A stretch of 64,000 nucleotides of DNA from positions 53,942,001-54,006,000 of the forward strand of contig NC_045696.1 of the NCBI RefSeq assembly GCF_009834535.1, written 5' to 3'. This document shows positions 39,651 through 51,803 of the stretch, piece by piece. Position 1 is the stretch's first letter, and every line of letters begins with the position of its first letter. The position numbers were made by a program, and so were the translations under genes. This DNA is from Camelus ferus (taxonomy: Eukaryota). The notes beneath the pieces are model-generated. The model made no database searches. It saw nothing but the letters and a program-made list of their open reading frames with translations, and was not told the origin of the DNA.

Positions 39651-40507
39651 TTGCCTTTCATGTCCCTAATTACAGATTGCTCTTTTGGCACTGACCTTTG
39701 GTTTGTAACTCCTCTCCTCTGCTAAAATATCAATTTGACCTTCAGATTATTTCCAACTCTGGTCATTACAAACAACGCTTCAGCCCAAACCAGAACCACC
39801 TCTACCCCTCCAAGCAGATAATGCTTCAAAGGTCATTGCTGTGATGTATCCACAGACCTCTGCAACTGGGCAGGAGTGTTCTGTTCAATAGCTACCGGTG
39901 ATAATGTAAAGGAAAGCTATGCCCAAATAATTGATACGCACACTCCGGGGTAAAAAAAAAAAGGTTAGTGTGTAATTTAGAGAATCGGAGAATTTCTAAA
40001 ACCTATTTGTGAGGGTGCTTTCTTTTACGAAGTCAACTAATGTGGGAGATATTGAGTCAGAGATTAGCCACACTGGACAGGAGTTACCTGTGAGATGACA
40101 GAATCAAGAAAACAGGGACTAAGAGGTCAGATGGTTATAATAAAGGAGAGCAGGCCTTCATTAGGGCAGGAGGGAGGGGAATAATGAGGTCCAGATTAAA
40201 GGATAGGCAGCTATCAGAAACGATGGAAAGAAGGAAATAAAATAGCCTGAAGACTGTGATAGAGAATGATATACATAATATAATTGATACACTATGATGT
40301 ATAATAAGCTCTTTCACTGGATCTTCAAAAATTCTGTACTTATCGGTATTAGAATCTTCACTTTGTTGTTGGGGGAAGAAATCCCAATAAAATTATTCAT
40401 GTTCAGATAGGAGGTGAGAGTCAGGGTCTATGGAACTATTTGACTCTACAGTCAGGTCTCTTTTCCCGATACCACACTATAAGTAAACATTTTAAAAGCA
40501 ATTGCAC

Positions 40508-40618
40508 AATGAATGCGTGTATCAAAACATTGTATTGCACATCTTCAATGTATATAATTTTTATTTGTCAATTATATCTCAATAAAGCCAGGAAAAGAAA
40601 AGAAAAAGAAAAAAAAAA
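40508..40618 (+). mobile_element. Short L1 3' terminus with A-rich tail
   Basis: tatcaaaacattgtattgcacatcttcaatgtatataatttttatttgtcaattatatctcaataaagc followed by A-rich tail. Confidence 0.8.
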
Positions 40619-42777
40619 GCCAGTCAAAATGGTTAGCTAGGTCAAGGTCCCTGCATTTAGAAGCACACATCTGTCCTTTCACATAAGTTGGCTAACCCAA
40701 GAGTGTAGGCAACCCAGAGCCCACAGACACAAAATAGTAGGCAGATAAGCCTGAAAAAATGCCTGATGGAGAGGACCAAAGCGACCCAACTTCTCTGAAT
40801 TGAGGAGACTCGTAGTTGCACTATACACCTTTTTCACCATCCTCCACACCCCACTATCCAAGGCATATATGATGAAAGCAGTATTACTTATAAGTGTTTT
40901 TTTTTTAAATATGAAGTTAAAAAGTTATATGTAATGAAATCTCCACATTCCCCCGTGACAATGAGCTTTAGTGGGTAAGGAGGTGCTGAGGTGGCAGGGA
41001 CGCATTCAGGAGGACTCCTGAGTCCGGGTAAGTGGGCATGAAAGCGGCATATCTGCATCTGAGCATCATTCAGTGAGCGTACATGGAAGGTAATAGTTTG
41101 GGGGGAAATAATCCAAACTGCAATATTATGGGCTCCAGGCTATCACGGGCAATTCGAGTGCATTATTCCTCGAATGCACACATTCACGATGGCTGAATAT
41201 GCTGCTAGGCCAAGAGACCAAAGGAACGCTGTGCTTCCTCATGGATTTTTGTGTAAACAAAACCAAAAGCAGCACTCCTCCCTGCTCTGGAAACAAAGCA
41301 AAACAAAACAGAAAATAGGGCAGCCACGCCTGGGTTCCAGGATGCAGAAGAGAGCTGGACAAGACCCAGACAACTAGCATGGTTAGGATGGAGGGCTTTC
41401 CCTGGAAGATGATGAGATTAAGAATCTTCCTTTTGATAGGATGGCAGCTGTGCAAAGGGATAAGTGTCCTTCTTCACTTAGGGTACATTTTAATGGTTGC
41501 TAAAAGTGAGTATCTGAAAATTCCAAAACATCTAAAAGTGTTTCAAGTTCAAAGTACTGCCCAGAGCATCATATATTTAGTAAAGTCTGTGCTTTCCACC
41601 TGTATTCACACATCCATGTATTTGTTCCTTAATCAAACAACCTTGTATTAACTTTTCATAATATTCCTGGCACTGAATAGGTGTTGAGATTAGGTGTGGG
41701 GATATAGAAGTAGACAAGCTCTTTCCTCAGAATGCTCACCACTGTAAGGAGTAAAACAAGGAAATAAATAACAAATATAGTGTGATGATTGCCATCACTT
41801 GAAGACTGTCCTCAAACCATGATGGTTGATGGGAAATACACCCTGAACTGATTTGAGGGGAGAGTTTAATAAAGTGGGTTTTCTATTATGTGACCTCTGC
41901 ATGCTTTCCTTTTTATATTTCCTTTCCAACTGCATGCTGACTTTATCTAAGTGGAATAATAAAAATAGTGAATAGTGGATTCAAGCAGCATTAAACTGAG
42001 ATTTAGCATGCCAAATAGTTTTTTCCAATGCTATTAATATGGTGATTCTCTATTCTTGTAGACGCCTACATATATAAATTTATATTTTGCATACTCTTTT
42101 CCTTTCCTGGTAAATACTCATCATAATACATGGCATTCATTTTTTTTAAATGCATAGTGCAATTTGTTTCAGAGCTTATAATACTAGAGTTTGGGGAGCT
42201 TTTGAATGCTTAATTGCTCAACTTTGACCTTGCATCAACATGAGATGTTAAATTTAATAATATATTGCATTTTTTTTTATGTTCTTCATCACCATGAACC
42301 CATCATGCTTTATTAACTACAGTGAATGCACTAGATAAAAAAATAATTTCTTTAAACAGCAGTGGCATTCATTCCAGAAGCTATAGCTCAATGACAAAGT
42401 TAAAACCTTTCCTAGGCAAGAAGAATTAATGAAATTTGATGAGGAAAATTCCCGGACAGATCTAGTGAGCTTACTTTATAATGTGTATGTTATACCAAAT
42501 TGCCTATTTTAGGACAGTTTGATAAAGTCTCCATAAAGTTATTGTTCACATTTAATTGAATAGGATAACACTTTAATAAATCATAGACAAATATAGTTAG
42601 AGTAATTCAAGGCATATATATTATTAATATTTCATATAATTCCTACTTTATTTTTTGGTCAACACATTAGAAATAAAGGTGTTTAAAAATCTATCAAGTT
42701 AATAACATTTAGAAAAATATTTTTGGAGGACTTTGATAATGATTTTTGAGGAGAATTTGGATCATTTGATGCAATTT

Positions 42778-42870
42778 TTTTTTTTTTTTAATGGAGGTAC
42801 TGGGGATATAACCCAGGACCTCATACATCCTAAGCATGCTCTCTACCACTGAGCAATACCCTCCCCCCTA
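42778..42870 (-). mobile_element. Camelid tRNA-Ala-derived SINE, short form (head + poly-A)
   Basis: Reverse complement GGGGGGAGGGTATTGCTCAGTGGTAGAGAGCATGCTTAGGATGTATGAGGTCCTGGGTTATATCCCCAGTACCTCCATT(A)n; 15-bp TSD catttgatg(c/t)aattt at 42763-42777 and 42871-42885. Confidence 0.92.
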
Positions 42871-44874
42871 CATTTGATGTAATTTAGATACAATAATTCA
42901 GAGATGTATTTTGTTGCACTCTTTTTTCACAGTAAAGTTCCCCTGTGGCACGTATGGATACCAGAAATCAACTTGTTGTCTTCCTCCTGGGTTTGAAAAT
43001 GTAATGTCTCTTTTTACTTCTTGAGCAGCCATCTTATCTGCACCAGTAGCTTCACTTCAGACCGTAATATATTCAAGACAAACCCGCCTTTAAAATGCAT
43101 GAGCCTACCCTCCCTTGGCATTGAATTTTTCAGCCTTTGATTTCTCGTAAGATTGTTACTTCACAACGTGAAAAAGCTGTAAAGGTTTATCTTGAATGAC
43201 CCAACTCAAAGGCATCCATTGCTAAATTTAATCCTGAAACCACAAAATCAAAAACGTTCCCATCCCATCCACACAGTGTGCCTGCTGCTTTACAACCACA
43301 GAAGGAGCAATTAGTAGAATATGGCCTTCTGTTTTTTCAGTCAATTTTTTAAAGCTGTAACAGCATTGACACAGATGCACTTTATACTCATGCATTCAAA
43401 CCCTATGTTTATGAAGACACTTTTGCTCTAAAGATTTCTGTTTCCCAGTCTCCCTGGGTGACCTAACATGGTTCCTCTGCGTACAGAGCATTTAGAGCAT
43501 CCTACTGGGGACTGTCTTCAGTGTTGGCTTATGAACAGGACAGGCAGGGACCTGATGTCCTGGGACATGCTCTCTTGACTGGGCTCTCTTTTCTCTTTCT
43601 TTGATTCTCTCTGGCTCTTCATCCTTCCACCCAGACTGATAGAAGTCTGTGAATCCTCAAGGAAGGATGAACCTGAGGCTGCCTTGAAGCAGTAAGTAAA
43701 AGGAATAGGATTTGTACCTAATACAAATCACCAAGATCAAATAATGTTATTAAATTTCTCAAAAGTAGGCAAGACAGAGTTTGGGCCATGTATTTAAAAA
43801 CACAGTTGCCTAATTTTAATGAGAGAAATAAAGTCAGGCTAAATCTTAACATCTATTTCAAAACTGACAAACCATTTGAATTACTGAAAAAACTAATGTT
43901 AAGTGTTGTGCTCATTTAACATAACTTATAGAATAAGCTTTCTGAATACAATTTTTAGACTTTTCCCCAAAGCCAACATCAAAAAACACCACAAAATGTG
44001 CACTGAAAATACATAAGTAAACAGTTTTGTCTCTTTTCTAGTTTTGTAATTAATCCACATGACATAATGTGTTGAGGTTTAAAAAAAAAAAAAAGGAAAA
44101 CAAACAGAAGTGAAATTGTTATAGGAGTACCATTGACAGGGGAGAGAGTTGATGTTTTCCTAATACAAATTACAGAACTAGCACAGTGGTAAAGTACAGT
44201 AATGATGAAAAATCCAATTACTTGCACTTATACTGAATATATTTTACTAGAGTGAAGCATCTGATAAACTCTTGACAAGATTAGAAGAGGAGAAAAATTG
44301 TGGAAAATGCCCTGATTGCATTTGATCCTAATGCCCACTTAATATCTTGTATGTGGTCATAAGGTAGTTTTGAGAATATTCCATCTGCTCACTGAATTCA
44401 CACATAAAATGTACATGATGGGGTTTTTTGTTTGTTGTTTTCATAAAAGAAACCCTCAGTTTATTAATAATTTAAAAAAATCAAACTGTAAAGCAATTTT
44501 GAAACCCTAGTTATGCGTGGTGGGAATGCTCACCGTTACAAACATTCAGCAGGGGGCTTTTTCGTGTTCAGAGTTCTGGAATAGGCATAGGAAACAAAAC
44601 TGAGGTCTAAGGCAGTAGCCCTGTTCTAGCCAACCTACAGCCTGCCTTGAAGTTCATGTATATCTTAAGACATCCTCATATCCTCTGAGGACAGAGGCTC
44701 TGAATAGCATTTTTGCATCCTAGCTCTTAACACAAAAGAGGTGGCTCTTAAACACATTGTTATGTAATATTTCATTAATGAATGAATAAACACATGAAAA
44801 ATACATGTATTTAAAAATATTTAGTGATTCCATTATTTTCAGCATAAATTATTTGTAATTAGTGAAGCTTGGGT

Positions 44875-45325
44875 CTTTTGGACATATAGTTGATGTACGA
44901 TGTTGTGTTAATTTCATGTGTACAGCAACGTGATTCAGTTATATATATGTGTATATATATTCTTTTTCAGATTCTTTTCCATCATGGGTTGTTATAAGAT
45001 ATTGAATATAGTTCCCTGTGCTATATACAGCAGGTCCTTCTTGTTTATTTTGTATATAGTAGTGTGTATCTGTTAATCCCAAACTCCTAATTTGTCCCTG
45101 CTTCTCTGCCCTTTCCCCTTTGGTACCGTAAGTTTTTTCTATGTCTATATGTCTATTTCTGCTTTGTAAATAAGTTAATTTGTATCATTTTTTAGATTCC
45201 ATACATAAGTGATATCATATATTTCTTTGTCTGCCTTACTTCACTTAGTATGATAATCTCTAGGTCCATCTATGTTGCTGCAAATGGCATTATTTCATTG
45301 TTTTTTTGTGGTTGAGTAGTATTTC

Positions 45326-45364
<39 letters not shown>

Positions 45365-45398
45365 CATTTACATACTTGTATTTTCTTTATCCATTCAA
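44875..45398 (-). mobile_element. Cetartiodactyl L1 3' end with (GT)16
   Basis: ataagatattgaatatagttccctgtgctata...gattccatacataagtgatatcat...ctctaggtccatctatgttgctgcaaatggc; (GT)16 at 45331-45362. Confidence 0.9.
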
Positions 45399-46689
45399 GT
45401 GTATGATGGTTTTAATTATGACCAGCAAGAAACTGGATCGGACTGGAAGATGTTATGGGACCGTTAGGAGAAAGTGCCATTGCGATTTGTAACAGAAGGA
45501 AGAAGGAAAGCAAAGCAGTTTATTTTATTTTTATCTTACTTCATTACAAAAAGAGTTTGTGGTGAGTCACAAAGATGCAGACACAGCAAATAACAGCAAG
45601 TACAAGCCCCAAATGAAGTTAATACCACAACGCATGGCATGAACTCCTATATTGCACAGTTTTAAAGAGAGTCATAAATTTAGCTTTAACTTTCTTGAAA
45701 AGGAAAGCAGGATCAGTTAAAATATGACAGGAAAATCATAACTCTTCTAGATACATAACACAGAAATGGCTCATAAGAGATAGAAATATGACAACAGTCT
45801 CCACAGTACCCTGCATATAAGCAAAGCTGGGGATTTCATAGGGATGTCTTTTGCCTTGTGATTTCCCTTTACTGGACATATTATGTCAAAATGAAATTCA
45901 GTTAAAGAAATAATTTGAAGTTTGATTCATAATAAAATGATTGTCTCTCTCTCTTGAGCCTTTAAGACCATTCAGGGATAATAATTTTGAATTCACACTC
46001 CATAAAAAGTGCCTAGAGGACAGCTTGTTTCTGCTCCCACATACATCTAGGGGTGTATGGGTGTATAGGTAAGGCTTTGGGGAGGAGCCCTGTAAAAATT
46101 AAGGAATCAACAAGGCAGGGCCCTGAAAAACTACAGCCATGTCTGTATCAGAGGTAAATAAAGTTGGACTCACACAAAAGCTATGTGTCCCAGGGAGTAA
46201 TTTTGTATAGCGATTCAACACAGAATCCCCCTTCCACCCAAAATTGTTTAAAATAGTTATTTAAAATAACTACAGCTAAAGAAGATGAGAAATTATAAAA
46301 ATGGTTTGAATCATTATTTCCAGAAAAGAAAGACATGATTAAGTTAATACAATTGCACAAGCATCCCATGCTCATATTTTAGAAGTCATTCAGTAAAATC
46401 TGAACAGGGAGACATAAAGAGAGACACTGTATGCACCGTGAACATGTAAACAGTGTCAAGAAGGCTTATGGCCAGAATGAGCTTCAGGTTCATGGAATAT
46501 CCTAAAGTCAAAAAGAAAAAGTGCCTGTATCTGTGAGGTTTACTCAGAAAATCTTATGGCTTAGGGAAGATAGTGACCTAGCAACAAATGAAAGAAAAAA
46601 GCCAGGATCTTTACCTCCTGTGTTTCATCCATCTTCTCTAGCAAGAAACTAAATCTTCCCAGGAGAAGAGGTAGGATAAACATTGTAAA

Positions 46690-47380
46690 AACAAATTAAC
46701 ATTCTGGAAGATGAGGCAGTAGTAAATTATTACCTGAGCAATTTAAATGTCCTTAAATTTCCAGGCCCAGAAAGGTTTTATTGCAAGAATGTAAAAGAAT
46801 AGGCACTAAATCAAAGAGATTAAAGTGGGATGAAAATCCCAATTTTAAGAAATGGGAAAAATTATGGATTGGTGAACGTAATGTTGATTTCTAGCAAAAT
46901 TCTAGAGCAAACTGGGAGACAGATCATTTATGAGCACTTAAGAGTCTGTTTCTACTTATGATGGAACTAAATTTATTTCTGTTTTCCATAAAGCAGCAAA
47001 TCAGGAGAAGTCTTTTGATCTTTTTATCTTTATTTCAGTCAAGCATTTGTAAAAGCAAATGGAAAAAATAAAGAGATTATAGTCTAGATACTAGTTCACG
47101 GCAGTTGATTGACTCATAGATGTCAAATTAATTGAAGCACTGAATGCCCTTCTCTTCCCCAAATGTTACACTGATCAATGGTGAACATAGATTGAAGGTA
47201 TGTTTTCCAAGATGTGCCATGGGGAATCCATGTCGGTGTCTATACTTACATATCTATATCATCTATATCTCTTCTCTGTCTGCCAATGGCTTGAATGTAA
47301 ACGGAGTACTTATGACATTTATAGGTAACACCAAAGTGGAATGGATGACAGAGTTATAATTCAAAATGATCCAAAAATAT
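46690..47380 (+). mobile_element. CR1/L3 LINE ORF2 (RT) relic
   Basis: Degenerate CR1 motifs in order: tttccaggcccagaa (cf. SPGPD), atcccaattttaagaaatggg (PIFKKG), ttgatttctagcaaaattctagagcaa (LISSKILEQ), ttcagtcaagcattt (FSKAF). Confidence 0.65.
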
Positions 47381-49242
47381 GAAATCACAATTTTTTTTCA
47401 TTTATCATCAGATATATTAGGACTTTGATTTTGAAAATCTGTTACATATCACTCAGTTATAAGCATGTGGATACAAATATAAAAAAAGCCAATTCCAGCC
47501 CTCAGGATGCTCAAAGTCTAGCGAGAAAGAGATGAGCTTGAAAACAGGTAACACAAGACAAAGTGGTGTAGCAGGAGAGAAACGGTGCTGTGGGAGCCCA
47601 GAGGGGGAAGTGCCTGTCTCTGCCTGGAGTGCAAGGAGCCAGTGGCTGGAATGGCATCACCAAGGAAGTAAGTCCCCAGCAGGTGATGCTAAGGAAGCAC
47701 CAAGAAAGAGAGCTGAGGGGTGGAAACATTCACGGAAAAGGCAAAGGGTCAAAGTTGAAATAGTCCTAAAAAATATCAATAATTTATTTTGTTTGACACT
47801 TAGAAAAAAATCCTAACAACTTCAGAATTCTTAACAGAAACATTGTTTGGATTAAAGGATAGAATAAGGGGAAGCCCTTGATATACTTTTTGACCCCTTG
47901 ACCACTAGCTCTCCACAGAAAATAGCTAGGTGCAACAACATGATTATAATGTGTTTTCACCTGCCAACAGAGAGGAAATCTCACACAGATGAAAAGCACC
48001 ATCTTACCTTCCTAGTGCCAGAAAAGACGAATGCAGTTGTTTCATCATAAAAACTCATCCACAAAAATAGTTTCTATTAAATAGGTCTTTTAAAAATGCC
48101 TAAACAATAAAGCAAATCGAAAAGATTTCCTTTTGTTTTGAATTTTTTTTCTTTTTCTTTAACATCTTCCTTTTCAGTTTTATCTTTTGTGAACACAACC
48201 CTCACTAGAGGAAGAAAACATTTCTTCCAAAATAAATTAAGTTTATCTTTAAAATTTTGTGGTAAGTAAAGTCTCAGAATTAAAGGAAAATATATTTTAC
48301 ACAAGTTTATTTTTGCTTTTCACATTAAAAAGTAGTTTCAAACAACCAGGGAAGGAGATCTAAAATTATAGAGAGGCAGATAAATTACAGTATCCGAATG
48401 ATCACTTTTAGCAATCCAAGTGCAGACACACACACACACACAGCCCCCTCCAGAAACACAGACTTAGTCCTCAGCAATCTGGTCACATCAGCTAACAACA
48501 GTCTACTTTTCAGGAGGAGCTCTCAAAGACATGGCTATTCAGATGAAAAGACTTGCCACACTTATTTTTTAACTATATCATTTTTCTTTGAAAGCTTTCT
48601 GATTTTTCTTTGAAAGCAGAGAATCTCAAATTGCCTAGGTAACGGAATAGTTGACTGGAGTAGCAACAGGTAAATTCAGGATCCATCTACACTGCAGGAG
48701 AAATGGTGAGGAAGTTGGGGATGCTGTGGCAATTTAGCATATAGCAATCATTTATTTGGAGAGATTAACCTATTCTCATGTAAACTAAATTAGTCTGAGT
48801 GAACCTGTTTGGATGCAAATAATCCAGTCTGTTTAAATAAAATTCACTTCATTTGTTGAACTACAATTCACGCATATCACTGGGAAATGGACTCCGAAGA
48901 AACAACATCTACTACATTTGTGTAAAACATAAGCAATTCAGGATCATAGAAGCCAAGTAAATAGTTCTGGGAAAGTGAAATAGCTACCTAAATAGCTATT
49001 ATTTACGACTATAACATTTGCTCTTTCAGATAAAATTCAACTCTAAAACAGATAAAACTATGCAGATAAGTAAGTAGGGATAGCAAAGGAATGAGATGAT
49101 TATTCTTCAGCCAGATAGGCTGTTTTTAAAATCAGCCCTACTGAATGGAATTATGCACAATGACAGTGCAGACTGCTAACAATATTGCTGAAGTTACACC
49201 AGGCTGAAGACAAACTGGTGAAAAGATAAAGTTGCTGGAAAG

Positions 49243-49769
49243 CGTAGGGGAGCAAAAGTTGCCACCCCAAAATGTCTCTGGCATATTAATGGTTTTAAGC
49301 TTATTTTCTGATAAAGAGGGGAAGGTCAGACATGGGAAGGGCTCAAAAACAAAGGTAGCAGTTGCCCTTTTGTAAGAAACATTTACATTTGTAAGGGAAA
49401 TCTCCATTTGCAAAGGTGTCTCTTTCTCTATACCAGGAAGAGGAGGATGACCAAATCTTAGAAAACGCTTATCAATGGAGAAGATAGTGACTTAAATCTG
49501 CATCACAGTTACTCTCCTGGTGTTCCTCTTGGTAACCTCCCTGAACTGCCTCTCCCCACTCTTAACATCCTCTTTGTCTTTAGCTGAGGATGGTACTTAA
49601 GGGCTTTAGACAATTGGGTGAATTACTGTTTTCCCATCTCTCTCCCATGCATGCATGTCATTAAACTTTGGGTTAATTTTCTCCTATTAATCTTCCACAT
49701 GTGAATTTAATTCTTAGACCAGCCATAAGAATCTAGAAGGGTACAGGAAGACTTCTTCCTCCTCCAACA
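49243..49769 (+). mobile_element. ERV1 (MER4-group, MER34/MER39-like) 5' LTR
   Basis: Begins (c)gtaggggagcaaaagttgccaccccaaaatgtctc; ATTAAA at 49660-49665; ends ctccaaca, followed by PBS-like tggcgaagagaatggga at 49772-49788. Confidence 0.8.
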
Positions 49770-49809
49770 GCTGGCGAAGAGAATGGGATGCAACTGTACT
49801 GGCTGGACA

Positions 49810-50278
49810 TGTGAAAAAAAATACTGCAGACTATGTCAGTAAACAAAGAATGCTGAAGCCATCAAGTCATCAGCGGCTGCCGCCACCCCCCAGTGAAGAC
49901 AAGCCTGCAGCCCAATCTCTGCAGCCGGTGGTGCACCCTGAGGGGGCTCAGAATAATAAAGGACAAGATACTGGCCCTAGATTAGCTAGGTGTTTGTCAA
50001 AGGAATGAATTCAATGAGCCCAAATGTTTGCTTCCTCCCATACATAGAAAAGCACTAAATTCTTTAACTTGAGATGCCTGGTTTTCTTTAGATAACAAGT
50101 AATCTTTTATTGTTCCAACTACCTGGTCTTTGTTGTAAAGCTCCTAAATATCCTAGCTTCTCCACTACCTCTTCGGAGCAGACCTTCAAGAGCGATTTGA
50201 GAGGGCTGTCATGCCGGCTTGAGACCTCCAAATAAAACATAACCCAACTTTTAGGCTGCACATTTATTTCAGTCGACA
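49810..50278 (+). mobile_element. Second ERV1-class solo LTR nested in the ERV leader
   Basis: tgtgaaaa...gtcgaca termini; AATAAA at 50231-50236; 4-bp TSD GACA (49806-49809) / GACG (50279-50282). Confidence 0.85.
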
Positions 50279-51190
50279 GACGCTCTCTATCCCACAGCTG
50301 TTAAGAGATCTTGGGACAACTGACAAAAGTCCCAAGAAGGTAAGAATTCTTACCAGTCACTCAGTCTCCCAGATCTCTGCCTGTGGGGCCTATTGGAAAG
50401 GAGAGTGATAAGAATTTGCCTCTTCTAAAAATTAGATTAGCAGGATAAAACAGTTGTGGGGCTAGCTCCTTGGACCCTACGACTCTTGGTTTGAAATTTG
50501 CTAGAGTACACTTGGTTTCTGAGTCCTTTTCCTCCCAGAGATGGTCATTGTTTGCTTTTCTCTGTCTTTTGTGTCCTTTGCCATAAGGAGAAAAACCATT
50601 GGTCTAATTAGGTTTTCTTTTTGTCTTGTACTGTCTTGAGAACTTACCTTGTTAACCAGTGAGAATACCGTATGTGGTGTCTGCCATCCAGAAGATGCAC
50701 ACACCAGTGTGCTTCTGGCAGCCTGTCAAATAGCCCAGGATTCTGAGCAGTCTCTTTGTCTGGCTGTGCCACTCTCTGGGGATTTTGTTCATAAGGGACC
50801 CAGTCCATAAAAGGGGCCTTTGTCATCTCAAACTTTCTTGCTTTGTTAAATGACGTAAAAAAGGCCTTTGTTATATTTGGGAGTGAATTTTCTGGGAATT
50901 GTGAGGGCTGCATTCTTGTACTCTTGTGGGGACACGTCTTATGTCTTGTAATAGTTTGGGTCGCTATTAAGATCCTTTGATGGCCAGAGATGGATCCTCT
51001 GAATTGCCCATTTGAACCTGACTTGCCAAGGACAAATACAAATCTTAAGTGTCTTCTCTATAAATATTAGTAAAAGGAGTTTTGCCATCTGAACAGGCAG
51101 GTGACCTGGATTTTTTTTTTCCATCTACCAGAAACTCAATTTTGTAACTGGTGTGGTCTGTATTGTTTCTGATTCAGAGCAGAGATTTTG

Positions 51191-51252
51191 TTTGTTTGCT
51201 TGTGGGTTTGTTTGTTTATTATTTATTTATTTATTGGGGGGAGGTAATTAGG
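51191..51252 (-). mobile_element. Tail-only (severely 5'-truncated) camelid SINE
   Basis: Reverse complement cctaattacctcccccc + (aaat/aaac)n, matching the 3' part of the SINE at 23455; 17-bp TSD tcagagca(g/c)agattttg at 51174-51190 and 51253-51269. Confidence 0.8.
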
Positions 51253-51803
51253 TCAGAGCACAGATTTTGAAATGGGACTATGAGGTCCCTGAGTCTGTAT
51301 TTGTATGTGTTATCGGTGTGTGGTACTTTTCACCTTTGGATGATGGTATTGCCAAAATTAATTTGTAAACAGTTCTATTTACTTGCCTTAAAGCAAGTTA
51401 AGCACTTATATAAATTCTCAGAAACATAATAGAAACTAACCCAAATTAATATCAGCTTCACGTGATCTGGGAAAATACTCAGTATTGAAGCTAGTTTGAA
51501 TTTTTTGGTTTAACACAGACATGTCTTTAGAGCTGTTAACATTAAGTATAATACTTTTATTGTACCCAGGTTTACTAAAAGTCAAATAAGACAGTGATAT
51601 CTCTGTTACAAAGTTTGTCAGGAAGAAAAATATCTTGGGATGATGGTTGATTTTGTCTCATGTCTCATGAAGTTTTCATGGGAAATCTAAAAAGAATCAT
51701 TGGGAACAAGTGACTTAGATATAGATGGGGTAAGGTTTTTTAGGTAAATTCTTTAAAAATAATTATGTTTTATGGCATGTCTACTTTAAAAGTTTCTCCA
51801 GGT

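Larger units (their letters stand above)
49770..51803 (+). mobile_element. ERV1 non-coding internal/leader sequence (MER4-group-like), 3'-truncated; no gag/pol ORF
   Basis: Follows the LTR and PBS; splice donor AG|GTAAGA near 50340; T-rich leader; no 3' LTR copy found. Confidence 0.7.
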
